From: Tubiluchus corallicola
Taxonomy: Eukaryota > Animalia > Priapulida
Reading direction: 5' to 3'
Assembly: GCA_030141605.1 (NCBI GenBank)
Contig: JAQGDQ010000352.1
Coordinates: 124,001 to 188,000 of the forward strand
Length of the DNA: 64,000 nt
Shown in pieces: positions 37,301-49,300 of this stretch. Positions within the stretch are counted from its first letter, which is position 1. Each line of letters starts with the position of its first letter. The position numbers were made by a program, and so were the translations under genes. The notes under the pieces are model-generated. The model was not told where the DNA came from. It made no database searches and was given only the letters and a program-made list of their open reading frames with translations.

Positions 37301-40300
37301 TGGCAGAACTAGAAAATGATAATATTAATAAATAATGCGTTACTCTTCAGTTTATGTGAACAGTACAGTACAGTTATATGAACCTATTTCTACAGATTAT
37401 GTTTTGCATTATGCAATTAACATCTTCTTATTCTTTCATGTCTGTAGCTTTTATTGTGTTTCACGCCTGCCTTTTAACGATCTGTCTTGTGTAACAATGT
37501 TTTGTGTCTGGGTGCGCATGTATGTATGTAAATATTTTAGTACTTTCTATTGTAATTTTTATAGTATAGCCGTGTTTAATTTTTTTGCATAGCGCTATGT
37601 ATTTTTAAATGTATTTTTAAAAATATAAAATACATTTAAAATAAAAATAAAATAAATGAATTTGTTTCATTGTTTCTTAGTTTTAAATTGCAATGTTAAC
37701 TTTGATTTTTTCATTGTTTTTTATTTGTTATCTACTGGTATGTGCGAAATTAACTTATGACTGATTTATTGATAATAAAACAACAAAAGACTAGGTCGTA
37801 TAAACAGGCCAATTTAGGCAGACAAAACAGCTGGCTAGATGGACAGCCACGTGACAAAATAACCAATAGGTGACCAGAGAAGATGGGCAGTCAGATCGCG
37901 AGGGTGGAGGTGAGGTGAGCACTGAGACACCTAATGAAGGGGCTGAAGGCCAGGTGAATGACCATTTACTCCAGGTAAGCAGAACTCCAGTAGACTGACA
38001 GCTTATTATCAGACGAACCCCACCAATTTTATTGTTTATTTTTCTTGTAATGAACCAAGCTCCAGACTGACGCTTTTAAAACAAATATTTTCCTAGTAAG
38101 AAAACAGGCTTCATAGAGCCCACAGACGTTATGATTGTAGCTAATGCATTAAGTAGGCATTACGGCGTGCATCATAAATTACTTGATCTGCGTAAATGTT
38201 ATCATCATTAGGAAATATCTGAATTCTAGAGACTGAGAGTAAAACACAGACTTTACTGTTTTATGCTTATGCGTTTCAGCCTGTGCCATTCATCATATTG
38301 AGTTTTAATACCACAAAAATTGCTTAGTCTGATAACGGAGCTAATCAACGTGTTGCTATTCCCTTAGCTGTCGATGTTGATGATAACGGTTGCGCCATCG
38401 GCCGTTTTGATATGGGTGGGGGTGACATAGGGCTGGGAGTAGCAATGGTTGAAGTTACTGATTTGCTGTTATTGTTGTGGGTCTTGCTCGCGTTCTAAAA
38501 ACTGAAATGGCAACAAACTTCTTTTAAATTTATAGAATTGACAGAGTAAACAAAATTGGGAGAATTGCAATTGCTGACGCTGCTCCTGGTGAAGGGTGTA
38601 ATGTTGACTTCACATAAACTTTATCTTGACTTTATCTAGAAGTACTTGAACTGCTACAAATTAATTTATTTTATCTTAAAAATATAGAATACCGATAATC
38701 CGTATCAAAATAGTAAGCTGGATTGGCTTAGCATCGAATAGGTCTCAAGGATAATATATAGTAAAACGACATGTGAGGTCATGTGGGCCTAGCGACAAAT
38801 AAATTTTTGACTTGGACCATAACAACAAAAACTGATGCCATGCAGGCCAGGCATCAAATAGGCCTCAGGGTCACAACAGCAACGACGTCTGATGCTATGT
38901 CGGTCTAGCATCGAATAGGCTTCAATCCCACTCATCAACTAAGACTGGCGCCATGTCGGCCAACCTTCGAATAGGCCTCAAACCCACGCATTAAGAAAGA
39001 CTTGACACTATGTCGGCCTAGCATCGAATAGGCCCCAGGCCCACCTAGCAACACAGATATGTCATGTGGTCCCAGTTAGGCTTATAAGCTACGCCAGGTT
39101 GTAATCAACAGAGAGAAACCAGGACTCAACTTACAACATAAATAAACACGCTGGCAGTTTACAGAATATTATTAAACATGGAGAAACAAACGTTCGATTC
39201 ATGCGCTGCATACCAAATCCACATGGGGCCACCTAACTGTCTGTGTATTTAACTATTTTGCTAAAATCAAGTTCCGGCACGGGAGCGAAAGAAAATCAAA
39301 AATAAACAGCCGATAAAATTTGAATGGCGTCTTAGCTTTCAGTAAGCAATAGCATGAATGATGGAGAACCTGATACTGCGCAGAGACATGAATGATGTAT
39401 AAGGTAACGCTGTGCAATAACATGAATGACGTATAATGTTATGTTAATTGATGGCTGCATGACCATAGTAAAATATCATACTGTAATGATATGAGGTGCA
39501 ATAGTGCGAGTGACGTATATATACATGACGTGAGAGGGTGACAGGATAAATGCTGTATAACGTGATAGTGTATGTAACTGAAAATGTAGGTCTTACCTAT
39601 ATTCTCCAAACAGAGAGAAATAGCTTCCACTACCACTGCCACTACCACCATCACCACCACTAACACTACTACTACTACTACTATTGCTACTACTACTACG
39701 AATGCTACTATTGCTTCTACTGCTACTACTACTACTGCTCCTACTACTGCTGTTGCGGCTGCTGCTACTGCTACTGCTACTATCACGTATGATACGACGT
39801 GATATAGAATGAACACTTCCTCTGGGCTTATAGAAGATGACATGTAACGTTTTCAAAAGAAAACGACGTAAATGGACTCTTTCTATATAAAAAAAACTTT
39901 TTGCAATTATTCGTCCTACAGGCTACATAGAACGCACTACAATCTGCGAGACTACAAAATTAGTTCCCTTGTTCTATAGCAGAAATAGAGCTTCCCCTAG
40001 CGGAGTTTACCCGAACTCAAGGTTTTTGAACTAAACGGCTACGCGATTTCTGTTTTTCGACCAATTATTGTCCAACTGCTGCATATTGTCCGACGTATTC
40101 AAGCTGTGGTGACACTGAGCTTAATGAGGGCCATATACTACCGAATACTGCATACAATTAAGAACAACACCCGGGTCAGACCTATACCTGATTGTGTAAC
40201 TCTGTACCTCATTAACCTGTCATTGCTTCCCTGTGCCATAATTAGCACTGAAATCATTTTGAACAAATTAAGCCACCTAGCTGCTGGAAGTTGTAAAGTT

Positions 40301-43300
40301 TTACGATGTTCTTACTGTAGCTGTTATTCCTCTTTATGTAATGCTGTGTAGAACGGTGCAGGACGTTCCCATGTGACATAAATGACCGGTTTTTCACACA
40401 GTGCGGTGTATCTACGTGATATATAATATTTCATACAAGGGTCACATTGGTATATGTGAATAATAACATTTAGTAAGCATACTGGAGTAAAAAAAAGCCC
40501 GTGTTTAAGTAAGAAAAAGCAGCCTGGGAATTGTTATCTACCTTTTATGATCAAGTATGTGCAAACATACCACGTAGTGTTTAAGATGTCATAAAATAAG
40601 GATCTTTACGCCCAGCAGTTTCTGTTTCTTTTTAACTACCTTACTTTGTATTTCATCCGTATAGAAGCCTAATTTGTATTTTAACTTAATTGTACGGACG
40701 ATTATAATAGCTACAGAATAATGTTTTGTTATGAACATGAATTAATAAACTGCAAATAATGAATAAATGAATGAATCAGTCAGTCAGTCAGTCAGTCAGT
40801 CAGTCAGTCAGTCAGTCAGTCAGTCAGTCAGTCAGTCAGTCAGTCAATAAATCAATCAATCAATCAATCAATCAACTAACTAAGCTGCAATCGGCAGTGA
40901 CTGCTATAAGACACAACAGTTGACCTAACTAGCATGGATCACACAGCTATTTGTTTATTCAGTATTTAGTTAATTATTTGTTTGTTATTTTATCTATGCT
41001 ATCATTTATAATTTATTAATCTTGGTTCCTTTTGAATATTTTACATTAAGAAAAACTTTTTTTGTTGCTGCAAAATTTATTACACAAGCGAAATCAAACA
41101 ACGACCACTTTCTCGTTTTTAGCAAAGCCTCGTCCACGTTAGTTAATGACATCATCAGAGTTTTAAACTTGAGGTAGCAACATGATCACGCCGAGGTTTC
41201 ACGCTCTGTCAGTGATTCATTGCTAATAAATTAATTGTTGGCCAGGGTTTTACTTGAAAAACTGAAATTAGTCAAATGAAAATACGGCAAGAATTTGTCT
41301 GTTCGTCTAGGAAGACTTGAAAGAACAATGCGACTTCAGCCGTGTGTTCATAAAACTGTAAGAATTGTGTCTGTTCGTCTAGGAAGACTTGAAAGAACAA
41401 TGCGACTTCAGCCGTGTGTTCATAAAACTGTAAGAATTGCGTCTGTTCGTCTAGGAAGACTTGAAAGAACAATGCGACTTCAGCCAAGTGTTCATATAAC
41501 TGTAAGAATTGTGTCTGTTCGTCTAGGAAGACTTGAAAGAACAATGCAAGTTCAGCCGTGTGTTCATCAAAGTGTAAGAATTGCGTCTGTTCGTCTAGGA
41601 AGACTTGCAAGAACAATGCAACTTCAGCCGTGTGTTCATAAAACTGTAAGAATTGCGTCTGTTCGTCTAGGAAGACTTGAAAGAACAATGTAACTTGAGT
41701 TGATTGTTCTTAAAAGTGTAAGAATTTGTCTGTTGGTCTAAGAAGACTTGAAGGAACAATGCAACTTGAGCCGTTCGTTCGTAAAACTGTAAGAATGGGA
41801 TCTGTTCGTCTAGGAAGACTTAGAAGATCAATGCAACCTGAGCCGTTTGTTCTTAAACTGTCAGAACTGCGTCTGTTCGTTTAGGAAGACTTGAAAGAAC
41901 AATGCAGCTTAAGTCCTTTCTTCATAAAACTGTAATAAATGCGTCGTTCGTCAAAGAAGAATTGAAAGAACGACGTAACTTGTGCCATTTGTTCCTAAAA
42001 CCGCAAGAATTGCGGTTGTTCGTCTAGGAAGAATTGAAAGAACACTGCAACTTGAGCCGTTTGTTCTTAAAACTGCGAAACTGTTTGAAAACGGTGTCAA
42101 AACAGTTTAGATTTGACGTGAGAAAAGTGTCTTACAAAAGCGTTAGGCTTTAATCATCTAGAATACAGATCAAATTAAAGTGGCGTTTATGTAGCACCCG
42201 GAATGCGTTATGCGCTATCCACCTGCGGAATAGCCGCGGAATAAAAAAATCATTAGGAAATAGCTGCAAAAAATAGTGCATAGCGCAGGTCTGATAAATG
42301 GGTGCATTGAAAAAAATATAAACCGATTTTTATCTATTCCGCACCCCCATAACGCATGCACATTCCGGATGATATGTAAAGGCCACTAACGTCGTAAACG
42401 TCGATAACAGCCTAGAATGTAACGCAAACAAAATCCTTAAGATTACGGCAACAAACGGAAAAACTTCAATGATGTTGCTGCTTTCGCCAGTCAAAGAATC
42501 ATTTTCAAGATGTCGGTCATTATTGTAATGATGGCTTAGTTAATGACGTCACGTTACTACGCACTTAATAATCAATCATAGAAACGTTGGAGAGCTTGCG
42601 TGCGTCAGAATTCTTTGTGCATTCTCAACACTAGAGTTGGACTTTACACATGCAGTCAAACGACAATTTTCCCAAGTCACGTATTTTAGCCTCCACAATT
42701 ACAAAGAGTTTACAAGGAATTGTTATTACAAGGAATAATAAGTTATGGTTAAATTCTTGAGCAACGTCTAAACACTCATGGGTATTTATAACTATTATTA
42801 TAAAATAGTTGCATATCCAATTAGTTTAGACGGTTTCAGTAAATGCTATTATACCAAAACCTGTGGAATGAATTTGAATATACAAATTCGATTAACAACA
42901 AATATGTTTAACATTATGATTCCTCAAACACGGCCCGATACTCTTAAATTGTACACATAGGCGTGTGGGCCGATTTTACCAGGAGGAGGGCGGAGGAGGA
43001 AGCACTTTTGCCCGAAATATACAGTGCTAACCCGAAAAAAGTCCAGAGTCGGGAATTGCCTCACCCTACCCCATGATCACAAAAATGCCCGGATTTCGGA
43101 ATGCACAGCATTTGGCGGCATGAAGAAATTTCGGGATTTCCTTTTATGAAAAATATCATTTTATTTTTTCACCATTTGATCGGTGTACGAAAGTGCTCGG
43201 AGGCTTCGGTAAGTTTGGAACTAGTAAGTTTGGTGCAGATAAGTTTGGCACTAGGAAATTTTGTTACCAGGAAAATTTTTTACTATGAGTTTTTAGTACA

Positions 43301-46300
43301 CGGTAATTTTGGTACTGGGAAAATTTGGTACAGAGAAAATATGGTACTGGTAAATATGGTACTTACGATGTTTTGTCAGGCATTTTTGGTACAATTAAAT
43401 ACGGTATAAGGCAAAAATAATGCGGAGCAAGTTTGGTACTAGGAAGGTTTAGTACTGGGAAAGTTTGGTACTAGGAAAATTCGATACAGAGAAAGTTTGG
43501 TATAAGAAAATTTTGGTACTATGAAAATACATTTTGTCTATGTACTCGAACCTACTCGAACAAGTTATACAAACTCATATTGTTGCATTTGTTTTTATTT
43601 GTTTTTTATGAAGGTAGTTCTATAGCACATTTTTCACCCAGACAGGTAATTCTAAATCGAGAAAACAGAGGCTAAAGTTTCCCACTCGTCATTTTGTATT
43701 ATTTTAATTAGCTCTTAATTCTTACTGTCATTAAATTAATTGTAAAGGCAAACGCTTTCGTTTGCGACCGATAAATGAACTTAAAGATGGGGGTACAATG
43801 TAAAAAATCTGCCTTGTATGTGTCAATCATAAGCCCTGTTGCATTAAATAAGATGATCTGTGAATTATTACTTTTTTCATTCATGGGGACACTCATCTTA
43901 TTGCCAAAGTGAGACTACTCCTAGGCAAGTAGCTGCCGGTCTTGTAGATCTTTCATACCAAGAAATAGCATACAATAAGAAGGTAACTGTGTATGGTATC
44001 AATACTTTCCCAAACTAGCTGACAACTAACGATATCATTAATTAATAATGACTGTGATATCTTAGGCCTGCTCTGTCGTGCTGGGCTGGTAGCTCAGTTA
44101 GTAGAATAGGTAGTCTCGGGTTCAAATCTCGACTAGTCCGCAATTTTTCAGCGTCTCCTTTCTCCAACTAATTATCCGCAATGGGTAATAATTGTTAAAA
44201 TAAACTGCAATGGTTTATGAAAATTATGGTAGTCACAATATTCATTAATCAATAACAGTAATTACGAGCGACTCTGCTGTATTATAAAAATCAAAGTCGT
44301 CCTTGCTACATCTCACACTTGCTCCATCATCATATTGATGGGTTGGACAATTAGACCTACTGCTAACTATTTTAACCGTTAGCCTACCAAAGTGGGGTAA
44401 AACATCCTAGCAATGTTTACTCACATTTTTTATATTGGTGCATACAAAAAAAATTCAAACGAGCAGTGATATTTTCAAACTAATAGTAAATATTTTTCAA
44501 TTTGCTATGCAACCATACCTTGGTTTTGTTGAAAACTAGTATTCGTGCTTTTTTACAAAAAATGAGCGGCAGCTACTATCTGATGTGGGACAACTTATTA
44601 CCCCTCTTGGTCTTTTATGTAGGCAAAATTTAGGAGTTCACACAGCACCATATGTTTAGCTTGACAACGGAGAAGTGCTGCAAACTTCCAAGTGTAACCT
44701 GCAACTCGGAAAGTGACTTTTACAGCGATTTGCTGATGAAAATTAATATTTGGGGACATTCTTCATTTAGTAATATGGCGGGAACTTTTACTGCACTGAC
44801 GAAGCTGACGAAGACGAAATTTTAGAAAATCCAGTCAGTTAAGACACAGTGGATGTCTCAGAATCAAACAGTGAAAATCATTAATCTATTAGAAGAATTG
44901 TCTTGTCACAAGATTTGATAAACCACGCTTAGACAATATAGTGCAATGGTGGAACACCCCCATTTTATCCTTAGCCCATATCCATATATACATGCCAATT
45001 TGCCACAGAAGTTGGCTTTGCAGGAGCATCTGGATTGCAAGTTGGTCATTCTATCAAGTTATGACACATATTAAGCAAAACTTTCAAAATAATGTTACTC
45101 CCACTTGCTCTTTATCATAAGATTTTTTTGTTCGGCTAAGGCCCATTTCACAGTGAGGAAGCTCAGCAAAATGATTCGAGGGGAAATTCCTTGCGGCATT
45201 CTGTTGCTAGCTAGAAGCCATGCATCCTTCTCGTGAGGAATTTGGCGGCATCATAGAAATATTGTATGTTCCCTTTTCGTGAGTAATACTCGCGAAATTC
45301 AGTCTTAAATTTAATTACTCGGTTACTTCTTTCTAATTTAACGAACAACAATTAACCTATTTCAGGATAAAATTAAAAGATTTAATCTTTCTTTTTGGGC
45401 CTAAGTGTTAAAAAAATTAATACACAAGGCACCGTAATTTCAAAAAGATGATAAATTCCAAAAATCGTTCTACCTCTAGTCACAGCCCGGCCAAAAACCT
45501 TCTGGGGATCCACTGTGCTACAGTTCCACCTCCGATTCTCAAACTGCCACTGACATTCTGCGATGGCGTTTTCTGCTCCATATTTAACAGTGTCCATCAT
45601 TTCCACTTTCCTCTTGCATATTTTCCTTTGCCGCTTGACCAATCCTTGCAACTGCTCACATTGGTCAGGCATTTTGATGTTTGTGTCCAAGTCGATAGTG
45701 GCCAGAGCCCTGAAAGTGAAAAAAAACGTCAAATAAAAGCCTTGGGAACAGAAAACGTGTCAAGATCAAATATGGAACCTAGTAATGAAAAAATGTGAAG
45801 ATCAAATATGAGCCCTAGGGATGATAAGATGTCAAGATTGAATTTGAGCCTTAGGAATGAAAAAACGTTAAAATCAAATATGAGCCTGATGAAAAACGTG
45901 TCAAGATGAAATTTAAGCCATAGGAATGGAAAAATGTCAAGAATGAGAGTGAGCCCTAGGAATTGAAAAATGTCAAAGTCAAATAGCAGCCATAGGAAAT
46001 GAAGTGTCAGGATCAAATATAAGCCCTAGGAACGGAAATATGTTAAGATTAAATACGATCTCCAGGAATGGAAAATGTCAAGATCAAATACGAACCTAGA
46101 AAAGGAAAAATGTCAAGAATAAGTATGCATCCTAGGAATGGAAAAATCTCAAGGTCAAATCCGAACTTAGAAAAGGAAAAATCTCAAGGGCATTCGATGA
46201 CGCCAGCAATTAGACGACGGTAATATTTTTTTATACAATTCTTTGCACTGCTAACTGTATTCCAGCACTTAATGGCACAGCTTTCTTAATGTTAACGGTT

Positions 46301-49300
46301 ATGGCGTCACCAAAATCAGACTCATAATCAAAGATAACACTACATGAGACATTGAACCGGCAGAAGTGCCCCAGCCACATTTGTGAATTGAATACATCTT
46401 TCTTAAATGAGATAAAGAAGCAGAATCAGTGTGGCAAATGAAACTGTGCAGAACAGATATTCAGCCCGGCAGTCACCTATCCATTTCTTTCCTCTGGGTT
46501 GTTTAACTTTGGCAGCTAAGCAGAAAACGTGATAACTAACAATTTCCCATGCTCCAAAACGTGATATGAAAATTATATGTAACGTCTCTTTACTTGTCAA
46601 TAAAAAAATCGACAATCGCTAAAAACAAAATTACTGTAATAAGAAGCCAACTATTAGTTAATATTAATAATAAAAACCAAAACCCTTTCAAATACTTTAT
46701 ACCTACAAGGCCTCTGTTGCGTAACTACAGATATTGTTTTTTCAGTTTTATTTTGGGCTACAAACTATTGTAAAACACTCGTGAATTTGCTGCTTTTATC
46801 ACCCCAGCTTGCTAGCCCACCGTGCATTTACCATAATTACATTGTAAAGCACTATTCCTACAATAACGTAACATCAACAGCAGTAATAAACAACAGAATT
46901 CTACATTTCGTCGCTAGAGTTTGTTCAAATTTTTTATAGCTAACTAGAATAATAAAGGCAACTGCATTACGCTGTTTGTGAACAGCCTTTAAATTTTGCT
47001 CATATTACATGGTACTGCGTAGATTTGGAGAGGTATATACAAAGCCTAGTAAAAAGTATTACATTTTTGTTTATTTAACGAATTGAATTACACAACATTA
47101 TATAAAGACATTTCTTTATCATAGAATAAACCAGCACTTATTAAATTTTTGGTCACAAACTCGACTAAAAAGAAGAAAATGTGAATGTTAATGATTTGCG
47201 CCTGTATTTGAACCAGAAGTCCCTGGATAGTACTTTGGGCCACGACCACTAGACAGTGCAAAACAAACATACATACACACATACACACAAACAAACAAAC
47301 AAACAAACAAACAAACAAACAAACAAACAAACAAACAAGTAAATAGATAAATAAACGTCGCCAACTGCCTATCAAGGAATGTTGGAAAATTTACACTTAA
47401 ATAGGATACTAAACTATGGGTAAAAAGTTGCTCTGTACATTATTTTTTGCAAATTTAACGATCATCTCAAGTTTAAATCAGGTAATGTTTAAACGCAACT
47501 ATTCTCTGGTTATCTTTTTAAAATTTCCTGTCTAAGTTTCTCAAAAATGACAACTGTTCAACTGCAGCGGTTTTTTTAAACAAGGCTGAGATGTTTTAAA
47601 TGTCTCCGTTTGTCAAAAGGAGAAGAAAAAAAGAAGAAAGTAGCGTGCAGAGCAGATGCTGGTCGTGTTCAAACAGATGAAATGTTTACAAAAATTTTAA
47701 TTTGTTCAGGGCCAATTTGCAAAGGAAAACAACGCAGTCTTCAAGTGTTGTCTTCAAAAAGACATGTGTACTAATAACAGTTAATATTTAACACACTGTA
47801 TGGTATTTGTTTAAACGCAATTTGCATGAAAAACAAATAATATAAAACATGTTAAATATTAGCTTCTATTAACACACATGTCCACGGCGAACCTAGAAAA
47901 AATAAACCAAAAATGACAGATACGCAACGCAGAATTAATTCTCAGAACTGACTCTGTCATCAAAAGAAAAACTTTATTTAAGAACGTCGTCTCAAATACC
48001 ATATACTGTTAATACTACACATGTCTTTTCGCGGTTTTGCATGTCCTGGAGTCAAAATGTTATAAAAATGCCTGTTTTTAAAGTGATATTTGAATTTACG
48101 CTCAACTTTGTGAACATTTTCAGTCTTGTACAGTCCAGTTTAGGAAGTTTTTCAAGTTGCACGCTATATAATCTAGATCTTATGCAACTGAAGACAAGCA
48201 TCTTTTCGTTTTATACCAATAAATTTTCAATTTTGACATCAGTTAGACCTGAGGTTCATTTAGTTATTAGCAGGCCTATTGTTGGTATTAACTTGAGAAA
48301 CAATTATAAGCATTTTAATTTCACTTACAAGTAAAAAACATTTTGTTGAGTCGTAAACAACAGTGGGGAAGGAGTTTGCAATTTCCTCACACCATACAAT
48401 ATAAATATCGTAACCCATATCCCTAACCCTAATTCTAACCATAACCCTACCCTAACTAATATCCCTAACCCCAACCCTAACCTTAATCAGTTTCACAAAC
48501 TTTCTTGTGTGAGGGGAATTGTAAATTTTATCCCATAATTTTTGTTTTGTGCGTTTCATACAGCAAAAAATTACTGTTTCTAGTGATCGATAATTAATAA
48601 ATTATTCTGAAAACTTAAGTTTATAAATGCAAAGATGGACCGGTAATAAGCTGTTAATTTCAGCGTTTGCTTCGATGTTGAATTTCATTTGAAATTCTCA
48701 GTTTGATCTGACTGGATCTAGTCTGATTTGACTTGACTATGTAACGATAGAAAGACGCCTGTCAGTCCGTCGGTGAAGGAGTTAAACCAAGCAATGAACT
48801 GTTACAATGCGCACTACACACTTGCTGAGAGCTGAACTTGCTAAAACTACCGTCAGCATTCCGTCTAATGAACTTATTTTCGTCTCGTCTCCTGTCAATC
48901 TGTTTGTCACAACAAAAAATCTTTTAAAACCTTTCACCAGATGCTAGAAATTCGACAGGAAAAATCCAGGAACCTTCTAGATAAATTCTGGAGAAAAAGC
49001 TAATAAAAACGCATTACTGGTTCTAAGGATGATGCATAAACCAGGAACACACACTGGCGTCTTGAAAAAAGACGCCCCTAAACATTAATGATTCTTCCTA
49101 ATTCTAAACCGATTTTGCAACAAAATTGTCAAAGACAGTTTCCATGGCACTGAAATCTAGTTCTGCAGTTTGCTTTATCATTGAAAAAATTCATACTCAT
49201 CGAATTGAAAATATCTCTGAAACGAGCATTTTCTTTAGCTTTGCACATGCGTATCGCTTGTATGAATGAATTGTAGGATTTGTACAATCGAGTTACTGTG

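Noticed and set aside
38720-39075. CRISPR array
   Set aside because: Eukaryotic intron, no cas genes, repeats not identical, and the spacers are related to each other.
41272-41693. 138-aa and 132-aa repetitive ORFs as genes
   Set aside because: By-product of a 72-bp (24-codon) tandem unit; no domain similarity or gene structure.
45729-46016. 95-aa hydrophobic ORF as an alternative Wnt4 N-terminus
   Set aside because: Derived from the 36-bp repeat, out of frame with exon 2, and stops before it.
48411-48486. Interstitial telomere as a chromosome-fusion scar
   Set aside because: Degenerate, single orientation, and enclosed by inverted repeats typical of a small transposon.
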